This document shows positions 42,398-53,107 of a stretch of DNA of 64,000 nt, one piece after another. Where the stretch lies: the NCBI GenBank assembly GCA_964106915.2, contig OZ066916.1; one strand, 5' to 3'. The position numbers and the translations under genes were made by a program. The notes beneath the pieces are model-generated. The model searched no databases and was not told where the DNA came from. It saw nothing but the letters and a program-made list of their open reading frames with translations. This DNA comes from Podarcis gaigeae. Taxonomy: Eukaryota. How positions within the stretch are numbered: the stretch's first letter is position 1; every line of letters starts with the position of its first letter.

Positions 42398-43348
42398 ATC
42401 ACAAACACATTTCTAAAAATCTTTTTAGTATTTTAGATCAAGGCAAGTTTGATGTCATTTGATAGTTATGGACATTGTTGCTTCACATTCATAGGGTCTA
42501 GAGAAGAATCAGAGAACACATGCCTGACTATATTTTACCCATCAACATTATATGTGTGCGTGTGTGTATGAGAGAAAGAAAGAAAAAAGAGAGAGAGAGA
42601 GAATTAATGTCAGCCTGCGCTGAAGAAGACAAATAAAGCCATACAGTCAAGAGAAATCACAAACAGCTAATCTTGCCAGGTTATCATGCAGCTTTGTCCT
42701 GCAGCTGCACATCAGGGAGTGCATTATTTCGAAAGGAAGCAACAGTCAAGTTACAAAGTGAGAGGATCTCTGCACCTGTCTTTGCAAATGCCTGTCACCG
42801 GGCATCCTTGCTTCAAGGCATTTAATGAAATCTGTTGCTGCATTTAAAAGAAGACACCCTGCTGCTGCATGTGCCTCCTCTGAACCCTCTGGCTGGATTC
42901 AGGAACTGCCTGCATTTGGTGCTCAAGAAAATATGCTTAATGAATGAAAAGGCATTTAAACCTTTTCTTGCCTCTTGTAGCAAGGAAGGCATTCACAGTG
43001 GTGGGTTCCTCTTTTGCTGTTGGCTGAAACTTGGCAAATGACATGGATAGTCTGTCTCAGAGGGGCGTGTGAGGGGGAGTACTGGAGCCGTAATCTGTAG
43101 CAAGCAGAAAAGAGAATGGCTGACACCAAGAGGGGATGTGTGTTGTGAATAAATGCAAAAGGAGCAAGATGGATGGATGAAGCAAGAAGGAGAATGTGCC
43201 AAGGAGCTTAGTTCTAGACTATGGATCAAATTGCTATGGCAGAACGAGCCCACACATTCTGAGCCAACTGGTTTCTGGGGAGCCCTACTATATAGAATAT
43301 GAAAAAATTCAGAAGGCACTTGCAAATGTCCTGTTTTGTATGGGGCAC

Positions 43349-43555
43349 AGGAACATAGAAAGCTGCCTTCTTAGAATTTATATACCGCCCTATACCCTGG
43401 GGTCTCAGACCATAGGCCCATTTAGCTCAGGAATGGCTGTGGTTCTCCTGGATTCCAGGCAGGAAATCTTTCCCAGCCCTACCAGGAGAGGCCTGGGATA
43501 GAACTTGGGACCTTCTGCATGCAAATCAGATGCTCTGCCACTAAATTATGGGCCT
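43349..43555 (-). mobile_element. tRNA-derived SINE (squamate family; other copies near 22495, 28540, 31550, 46585, 56195 and 60820)
   Basis: Minus-strand head ...TAGTGGCAGAGCATCTGATTTGCATGCAGAAGGTCCCAAGTTC; multiple diverged copies in the window. Confidence 0.7.
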
Positions 43556-46500
43556 TCCAATAATGGGGCTACCCTAAGAATGAATGAACAGAGTGTCAGT
43601 TCCCATTTGTGTTGGCTTGTATAGCACTGTAAATTAGACCTATTATCAAGATCACTGAACTATAGAATTAAGAAGGAAATAGTTAAATAAAAATCCCTCA
43701 GTTTCATCCATCATTATTCCCATCGCTCTACTGAAGAGCAATTGAGTGGCTGTAATATCTGCAGCCCTTGTTATACACTAGTTATAGGACCAGTTCCCTG
43801 AACAACTGCCTGCTTTGGGGTGTTCATGTTGAGGTAAAGCCACCACATCTGATTGTCATTTTACCAGATGCTACCAGCTATTTGAACATGATGCAGCCAT
43901 ATTCTTCTGTAGCATCTCACTGCCAGCAGGGCTTTCCTTCTCTGGTCAATAGGCACTAAAGGCTAAAAATGAGACCTGGAGAGATCTTCAAAAACTTAAT
44001 AGCTTTTCCTTCTGCAAGGGGTGTACACTGAGCACAAGGTTTGGTTTCAGCCCTGATTTAGCACATCAGTGAGCAGCCCAATTTAGTCCAAAATGCTTCA
44101 GAAGTTGTCTGATTCAGTTAAGGTTTAGATTTGAATTCTAATTTGGGCAAGCATGACTCCAGCCTTCTCTACTGGGGGTTATGTGCAGTTCACATTTGAA
44201 TTTTATTCAACCCCTCCACCCTGCACTGTCTATAACTTAAAAAGAAATATTTCTGCAGAACTGGATGAAATTTCAGACTTATTAGCACCTTTGGGGTGTT
44301 CTTGAGAATCCTGCCAAATTCTAAAAGGAAAGCTGTAGTGGTTTTCCTGCACGGGTGTCCTTTACTGTTTTCAGGTGGTTAAAAAGGATCTACTTACTCT
44401 CCTCTATTGTTTTTTGGGCAATTTTATATGAAAATAGCTTGCGTGAGAGAAGTGCTCCTAGATAAGAAACTTCCACTTTATGGACAAATCAGTCTAGGAA
44501 GATTTTGTGCTAGTGCCTTTAAAGTTGATTTTGTAGGGCAGAGGAAGAGCTAAATGGGAATTATTTCCCTCCCTTCAATTTTGTGGGCATCAATTTTCTA
44601 GAGGCTCCCCTAGGAAAGTAATCTGCAAAAATTCAGAATGTTAGGTGTAAGGTACTGAGTTTTGTTTAAGGGAGGGGACTCACAGCCTCAGGCTTCTGTT
44701 CTGCTCAGCTAGCAGCAAGACTTAAAGAAACGAAGTGAAAAAGCTGATTTCACAGGAATGGGTACATGGGTGTGTGGCACAGGAGCAGAAGAACTTGAAT
44801 GTCCAGCATTTCCATGCAAGCATTAGTAGCAGAACCAGCAAAGATGCAGAACTACAAGCTGATGTCCCTTCTCCAAGCTCTGGGATTGGAAAGTCCTGCT
44901 GAAATAATTTTCTGTTAGTCAGAAAAGAGGCCTCCCTCCTTGGTGTGTGTTTTCAATGGTTAGCATAGAGAGAAATGTTGCTTTTAACAGATCCGCTATG
45001 TAGTTTTTTTTTCCATTAAAAATATCAGAATCTCTGAGCCACTTCAGAGATCCCTGTTTCAGTTTAGGGCGCCTTCGAGAAATCCCACATGAACTCAGGG
45101 CTTATCCCCACTCACCTTTTGCTCCACTCTTTCTAGCAGAGGCCTGTGCTTTAACACTCCATGTTGTAGCCCTGAGATTTCTCCCTCAAAAATTCACTCT
45201 TTAAAGTGCAATCGGAGCAAACGTCAATTCAGGTTTTCCATAGATTGATGTTTGGCTCCATTGAGCTTTAAAAATGGGTTTTTGCAGGGAAAACTCTGGA
45301 CCACAGACATAGAGCTTTAAATCGTGGATCGTCCTGGAAAGAGCAGAGGAAAGGTAAGTGTGGATAAGCTCTCCAAAGTGGCTCACTTTGATTCTTGATT
45401 GCCCAGATCTGATGTCGACCCCTTACTTCTTGCTGGCCATTATTGATTTATTCTAGCTGCAAGATGCAGAGTGTGTGTGAAAAGTAGTCTTAGGATGGTT
45501 CTCATTAATATGGGAAAGGAAATTGAGTTTCATTTTATTCTAGATAGCAGATTCCATTAATCTTAAAATATCAATGCACACTTCCCTTTAGCCCGTCAGG
45601 CATTTATTTGTGTATGCAGATTGGTGCCGGAGCACAAAGGAGTCCTCTAATCAAGCACTTCTATTGCTGTGCATATGACAATTTGCATGTGACAGATTGT
45701 GGAAGTGTTACAGGCTGTGCTGAATCTATACATACGCAGTTTAATGGAGGGGGGGAGGATTAAATTATTACCTTTGCTTGTTGATGGATTTTGTAGCACT
45801 TCATTATTTGCCCTAATCTCTGTTTTCCTCCCCAGTTTTTTACGTGATGCATTTTGGTTTTCAAGAAATGTAAGTCTCTGAAGCAGTTCTGGCATAATAC
45901 CTGGCATCATTTTTAATTTAAACATTGAGACCAAAGAACCTTTCTGTGTTGCTGTGCGATAGTTGTTCATGGCTGGCTATCAGTCTACAAGGTGATTCTG
46001 AAGAAAATAATATCTATGCACAAATTAATGCAATAAGGAGAAAAATACGGAATATGGCTAAATGTATGCATGATCTCATTTCCAAGGGAAATATATCCTT
46101 TTGGCACTGCCAAGTGAGCTTGACATTTTTGAGTGCTGAGAAATGTGTTTTTTAATTATATTGCCCTGCTTTGTGCAGTGGGACAGAAATGCTCTTTAAA
46201 TCAGGCTTGCACACTGGTGGCTGACCAAGCCAAACGTAGCTTACCAGTCGTGTGCTGTGGCCTGCCAGATGCTTGACAAATCCCAGTTCCAGGCAGGCAG
46301 TAAAAGCCAAAGGTGGAAGATCCTCTAGTGGGCTAACATACATAACTGGTGGCTGCATTGGTAGGTCAGACGTTGGGCAGACCTCCTCTTAATCATTACG
46401 TGACATAAAAAAAAGATCATGCCTGCCTTAAGGAACAAAAGGCAGAATTATATTCTACTGGAATTGCAGTTTAGTTATAAAACACTTTTTCCATAGGAGC

Positions 46501-46651
46501 AGTAGAACAATCTCATTCCCTGCTTAAGGGACAGGAATGGTCCTCTTAAGTCCCATGCATTTTGGTGGCATCATTGGAGAAGAGCTGGGTACAGTACTTG
46601 CTTTGCATGCAGAAAGTCCCAGGTCCATTCCCCCACATCTCCAGGTAGGAA

Positions 46652-46807
46652 TGCATGGATAGCTCAGTTGGTTAGAGTGTGAGCTGATAATGCCAAGGTT
46701 GCAGGTTCAGTTCCCCTATGGGACAGCTGCATATTCCTGCATTATGAGGGATTGGATTAGATGATCCTCAGGATCCCTTCCAACTCTACAGTTCTATGAT
46801 TCTATGA
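46652..46807 (+). mobile_element. tRNA-head / CR1-tail SINE (Squam3-like), nested in an older tRNA-SINE
   Basis: A box TAGCTCAGTTGG (46660-46671), B box-like GGTTCAGTTCC (46704-46714), CR1-type tail ending TTCTATGATTCTATGA. Confidence 0.78.
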
Positions 46808-49177
46808 CTGGGAATGTCTCCAGTCTGCAACTCTGGAGAGCTGTTGCCAAACATTGTAGACCATCCTGGGATGAATGGACCATTTGTTCTTGTGCTATGT
46901 CTGCAGGACCTTTATGCATGACCAACATAGGAGGGTAAAAAGTGGGCAGACTGTGGTTGTGATAAGGGAAATATCAGGAGGAACCTTATGCTCACTCAAG
47001 ACTCATTCATTCCCCATGATGTCTATGAAAGAGTTGATGAAATTTAAAACACTGTGATTGTAATGAACAGTCCCAGCTGACTATTCTCCACCTGTTCCCT
47101 CCCTGTCCTCCCTGCTGCAATGGAGGCTGGAATTCACAACACACCTCCAGGGGCATTTAAGACTGAGCCAGGAAACTATAATTTCACATGGGCATGTGGC
47201 ACCATGTCTTCTTGTCCCTAGCATGCAGATTGCACAAGTGGGAACATGGTGTGTGGTGCACCTGTCAAAGGCTACAAACAGCAGCATCTGACAGCAAAGT
47301 AGCTCATGTGATGAGCTATCAGAACTGCAGCTTGGCCATGGAGTAGTCTCAGCCTCTGGCCTGCCAGCTCCTCCCTGAGGCCTGCCATCTTGGCTGCGAG
47401 TCCTGGGAGACCTGCTCCCTGCCTTTTCCACCTGACCTGGGAGGGTGGGGCACTGAAGGACTCCAGCTACAAAAGCTGAGACTGATGAACAGACTCTTAG
47501 ACTGCATTGGGGCATTGTTTAGGGGGTTTTGTTGGGGGGGAGGGTTTGTTGCTGTTATTGATACTAATTTGCTGCATCTTTATTTCAGTACTTACTATGA
47601 GTTGTGTGGAGTTGTTTAATTTGGTTGTGTACTTTTTGATGTTTATCTATTGTTTATAACTACTTTTGTTATGTTCATAATTATGGATTTTTTTATATTG
47701 TAAAGCCTCCTTGAGCATGGCTTGAACTATAGGAAGGTGGCGTGCAAATAAAATGATGTATGTATGTATGCTCCTGGAAAGTGATGGCTATAAAAGGCTT
47801 CCTGACTGGACTGGGCAATGAAGTCCATTTACCTGAGCAACAAGGTCTGGTTCTAATGCATTCCTGTTCTGACTGCCAGTTCAGTACACTACAAAGACTT
47901 GCATCATGAGCCTGCCTTTTGGCTTTCTTAGAAGGTTGCTCTAGAGAATGGGAGGTTGGGGGTTCTGCCTCTTTCTGGTCTGTGTCACTTTTGTCATAAG
48001 TCCATTCTCTCTCATTTGTGCACTGATCCACAATTATTGTTTTTTAAAAAAAGTAAAATCAGCAAAAAAGGGCATTTCAATATGTAGCCTTGAATGTATT
48101 TTCTCACAAAATAGACAGTGCTAAATGCACAGTATCTCAAACTGCTCTGATGTGCCTTTTGAATTAGGAGCCGCACACAAGAGAAATGTGAAATCCAAAG
48201 AACAGAGATGTTCTGTTGAGCAGATTAGCCTGGAAGGTTAGTGTGGATCAGGTCAAGTTGTATCTGAATTCACAAAGAAGTAATTCCTCAATTTCTCCTA
48301 ATAGCAGCAGTTGCTTTCTCTTCCCCACTGTGCCATGGTGGTCATCATGGGCTTGTGTGGTCATTCCTTCTTCCTAATTGCCTAGCTCTGGTTTGGTTTG
48401 TGTCTGTAACAGAGAAGGGAGGGTGTGCTGTGTAGGGTAGCAGCACTAGATATCCATTGATATGAGGTGACATTGTTGGCAAGTGAGGTCATGATTGATG
48501 CATGCCGATGATGTTTCCAGGGATGCTGTGCTAGTGGCTGTCAGTATTGCTCTAATTTCATTGCTGTGCTTCCTGCTGGTTGAGCACAGGATTGCATTAT
48601 ACTACAATTAGGATCTGGCATAGCACAACCTACTTTAACTAGACCATGGGATTGCCCTGGTCCATGGTATTTAGTAGCTGATGTGTGCCAGACACTGTAT
48701 GGAGCACAGAAGTGACAGGCCTTCTCCAGATGATGAAAGATTCACATGAGGCAGAGAAAACAGGGAAGCGGGAAGAGGTCGGGTTTCAGGTCAGAAGTCA
48801 GTTATGAGGGAAAAGGCTAAATTGTACAGAAATGGGAGCTGGAAGGAACAAAGGGAGTTGACATAAAGTGAGCATGTGCAATAGTAGGACTAAGGGAAAA
48901 AATCACTGAAATGGAAATTTACATCCAAGAAGCTTGCATTTGGTTTCACTGCCTTCCACTTATAAAGAATTAATCAGTCCGAACTCCTCCAAAATGGGTC
49001 AACTGTGCTTCTGGTGCTCTGGTCTACACTTAAGAAGGCAGATCTTAATATTTTTTGGTTTAAATTGTGAAATCACCGGATGATGGATTTCTGTTGCCAG
49101 AAGGAGAACATTTATAAATAAAACAAAAAAATATATGCTTCCAGTAGCACCTTAAAGACCAACTAAGTTAGTTCTTG

Positions 49178-49215
49178 GTATGAGCTTTCGTGTGCATGCA
49201 CACTTCTTCAGATAC
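49178..49215 (-). ncRNA. Minimal type I hammerhead ribozyme motif
   Basis: Identical 38-mer to 62666-62703. Confidence 0.85.
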
Positions 49216-49363
49216 ACTGGTTAATGGACTTCCATTTCATGCGGCTCAATGTGGTGCCTTCCATAGTTCCAGTTACAGATAGGTAGCCGTGTTGGTCTGC
49301 CATAGTCAAAACAAAAAAAATTGCTTCCAGTAGCACCTTAAAGACCAACTAAGTTAGTTCTTG

Positions 49364-49401
49364 GTATGAGCTTTCGTGTGCATGCACACTTCTTCAGATA
49401 C
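49364..49401 (-). ncRNA. Minimal type I hammerhead ribozyme motif
   Basis: Identical 38-mer; 186 nt from the 49178 copy. Confidence 0.85.
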
Positions 49402-51081
49402 ACTGGTGGCAGACCAACACGGCTACCTATCTGTAACTGGATTTATAAATAATGTAGCCTTCATGGCTCTCAAAGTCACCATTCCAGGATTTTTGAGACT
49501 CTGGAAAGTGTGATCCTAAGCAGGTCTACTCAGAAGTAAGCCCCACTACATTCCATGTGGCTTACTCCCAGCTAACTGCAAGCTAAGTGAATGAATATTG
49601 TTGCTAACCAACTGCTGCCTGGCAGGCCATGTGGAAAGAGCTAGAGCTCTGTGTGAGTTTTTAAGGCAGCTGGCATTCACATCTTGGAATCCACTGTCAT
49701 AGATGGCATTAATTAAAACCACTACTGTGAGGCTCCGCAGAAAGGCTCCCTGACTGACTGCCCATGGAGACTGAAAGGGGGAACTGCCTTACCCCTGCAG
49801 GTGACAGAACTGGTATGCACACCAGGAGGAAATCAGTGATCTCCCCCCCTTAAATGTGAAGAAAACTTTTCCTAAGCTGATGGAAAAAACAAACATTTTA
49901 TGGCAAGGCGGCTTACTTTCCCTCTCTCTCTCAGATCAATTCAGAACAATTAAAATAACATAAACATAGATTGAGGTTGAAATCCTAACTCCATTTCCCT
50001 AGGATTTACCCCTGTAAATTCAATAGCATTCTGAGCAGACTTGTTTAGGATTGCAGTGTAATGTGTTAAAAGTTGTTTAATTGTACACCATCTATAAATA
50101 AGTGTTGATGATAAAAAACTGTATTTTTTCTACCCAATTTTTCTTAAAAATGCTCATGGTGGCTGTCTGCTGTGTTTGGATCTTTCCTTCCCATTAAAGT
50201 GGCCATGTACTCTACAGAGGACAGCCTGATTTTAAAGGTGATCTTTATTTAAAGGATTGTACATGCTTAGTTTAAAGATCAAGAACGATGATAAAGCAGA
50301 GCAGGACTCTTCTCCTGGATAGCAGACTGAGCACCCCACACACAGACCCCAGACCCATCACATGCCATGCTGAGTTACCCTTCCTGAATAGAATAGCCCA
50401 CATCAGGGACTCTTCTCTCTTTTCATAAAGATATTCACATATCAAAAAAAGATAGCCTGTATTTCTCGTGGTTGCATAAAGGTCTGCAATCTATTAGTAG
50501 ACAGATGCACAGACCATTTTTTTGCAATTAAAAAAGTTCCCTAATGAAAGCCACACCTTACACATGCCCTGAAGTGTTTTTTCCTAAATTTTATTGCATA
50601 TTTGAACATTTTCACGCTTCTCGCACAGTGCTAATTAACACATTGATTGAGTCCCACGTATAGTGTTTTCTAACTAGAATATGCATATGACTTCTCTTTT
50701 AGCAGAAACATGTCTTTTGGTGTTCAGCTATCACAATGGAGCACAAGGTAACGTCAGACACACTTTGGGGAGGGTCATGGCTCATTGGTAGAGCCCATGC
50801 TTGGCAGTTTTGTCAGTACTGAGAGCTTAAAGCAGCTCTCTATGATCTTTCTCAAAGCACCTTTGGAGAACAGTGAAAGCTATGCTGTTGAAATGGCGAG
50901 TACCACTTGTCTTGAAAATAACAGGTTATTTCCTATCATTCAGAAAGCTTCAATCCACATTCAGGTCTGATAGTTTCCTCCATTCTTGTGTTCAGCACAT
51001 TCACCATGGGCCATTTTCCAGCCTTTCTATACTTGAGTGAGGTTTCCTTCTCATTAAGAAGCAACAGTTCATACATTTGCC

Positions 51082-51141
51082 AGAAGAAGAAGAAGAAGAA
51101 GAAGAAGAAGAAGAAGAAGAAGAAGAAGAAGAAGAAGAAGA
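51082..51141 (+). repeat. (GAA)n microsatellite, 20 perfect AGA units
   Basis: Read directly from the sequence. Confidence 0.97.
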
Positions 51142-52732
51142 GACAATAAACATGCATGTCTGTAATTGTTCTGGCAGGCAATACTTGGTACCTTGTCTCA
51201 TCAAACCTAATGTGAACCACTGAGAACTGAGTGCTCTTCTTCCTGCATGGTTTGACCTTCAGTTACATTGCTAAAGTGTCATAGTAGAGTGTGGCAATTT
51301 ACAGCATTTGGTTTTGCTATGGCCACTAGGTAACACAATTAATAAACTGAATCAGATTGTGACAATGTGAACCCAAGGAAATGGAAAAATGTCAATTGAT
51401 GCAAGTGGAGTGCATTGGATTTGGAGAAACCCTGGGTTTTGAAATGAAGTGAGTTGCTATGGAGGAGCTAAAAAGCTGTTCTGAAGCACTTGACAAGTTT
51501 ACTGTTACACACCTCACCTGCATTTCAGAGCCTAAGAACCACCAGCATAATATTATCCTTTCACTTTTAGTGTTTCATTAATGTTACTCTGTGGTTTGAG
51601 GGAGATTAATTCTTATAGAACCGAGAAACTGACATATTTGTTCTGGAATATTTGTTCTTCCTATTTGGGAAATGAAAGAGCAGAGGGAAGATTTTTTGCT
51701 TGTTCAGCTGACCTGTGCCCTAGTTTCTTTTTCTTTTTAATGAAACATAGAGAACATCTTGATTTCCTAGGAGGGCTGGCTCTATTACGCCTATGATTGT
51801 TTCACTTAGCTTGAAGTATTGATATATAGCAATGCACAGCACAACTAGTGTTTCTATAGCCAGAGTCGGACTAAGGCCATGTACGTATGGAGCCACATTA
51901 TGGATCCCCAGGCTTCACTGGCTTAAATGCTACAGTCCCTCCACACCTGCACTAAAATGGGCATAAGAGGACCCAAGCTTGTACTAACAGACACTATTTC
52001 TTTGCCTTCTGAATTCCAAACCAATATAGACCATCTATACTATTTTCCTTCCACAGCTTTCATTCCCCTGCATATTTGTCATCAGTCTGAAGCATCCTGC
52101 ACCTTTAAATTAATTAATACTTAAAAGCAAAATACATCTTTTAAAAAGCATTTAAATCTCAATAAAGCCAGCTCTGAGTGTGGACAAAATAGCTGTTTCA
52201 CACCAGACAACCATTCTTCAAATATTGCATCATAAATATGCCATTGTTCAACAAAAATTTTTAAAAAAACACAAAGTAAGGCAAAGTATAGAGAAGAAGA
52301 AAAATATTTGATTGTATGTCTAAGACAATTTTTAAAAAAGAAATAATTTCTTTTCAAAAAGAAATTGATATGCACACACATTCAAGCCATCCTCATAAAC
52401 AATTTCTCTCAATATGTTTTTTTTTTAAAAAAGTTTTAATTTCTTATCAGAACTAATCAAAGTGGACAATTATCAGTTTCGTTTGGATATTCCCTTTCTT
52501 CTGGGTGGATTAAGCTGCTCTCAACCCTGTAAGGCATGTTAGGCTGAGAGACAGTCATTTGACTAAGGTCACTCAGAGTTTTATAAGTAGATCATGATTT
52601 AAACCTTGGTTTCTTGCAATGAAACACAACCCCTCAGCCACTCCACTCCTCTGCTTTTAACTGCACCTGTCTCTATAAATATCACTCACACACTTGTTAC
52701 TAGCTAAATCTATTGCAAGGAAACTTAAATAA

Positions 52733-52937
52733 GAAGAAGAAGAAAAGTTTGGATTTGATATCCTGCCTTTCACTCCCCTTCAGAAGTCTCAAAGCAGCTA
52801 ACATTCTCCTTTCCCTTCCTCCCCCACAACAAACACTCTGTGAGGTGAGTGGGGCTGAGAGACTTCAGAGAAGTGTGACTGGCCCAAGGTCACCCAGCAG
52901 CTGCATGTGGAGGAGCGGAGACGCGAACCCAGTTCCC
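52733..52937 (-). mobile_element. MIR/CORE-like SINE fragment
   Basis: GTGACTGGCCCAAGGTCACCCAGC core and (AAG)n tail; older relatives near 13880, 16980 and 52520. Confidence 0.65.
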
Positions 52938-52967
52938 TGGGGTAGGCTAGTCAGAGGCAGTAATGCT

Positions 52968-53013
52968 CAGTGCTTTTTTCAGGGGGCACTCAAGGGTATG
53001 CAGTACCGGCACT

Positions 53014-53048
<35 letters not shown>

Positions 53049-53107
53049 AAAAACCTAACTTACTGTGACAACTTCATGGTGAGTACTTTTTCTAGAAAGA
53101 AGCACTG
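52968..53107. mobile_element. hAT-type MITE containing a (GTT)n tract
   Basis: TIRs CAGTGCTTTTTTC / GAAAGAAGCACTG; 8-bp TSD GTAATGCT (52960-52967 / 53108-53115). Confidence 0.85.

Larger units (their letters stand above)
49122..49440 (-). mobile_element. Non-coding PLE-derived tandem element (retrozyme-like)
   Basis: Two head-to-tail copies of the pLTR 3' segment, a ~49-nt unique spacer, an inverted 34-bp tail, and perfect 12-bp TSD ATTTATAAATAA (49110-49121 / 49441-49452). Confidence 0.85.

Noticed and set aside
46655-46725. tRNA-Ile(GAT)-like gene
   Set aside because: Acceptor and T stems are degenerate and it runs directly into a CR1-type tail, so it is a SINE head.
49122-49440. Repeat-spacer-repeat pattern resembling a CRISPR array
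   Set aside because: Only two units of about 100 bp in a vertebrate intron, homologous to the PLE pLTR, with no cas genes.
50936-51220. Poly-Phe and poly-Ser ORFs
   Set aside because: Translations of the (GAA)n microsatellite.
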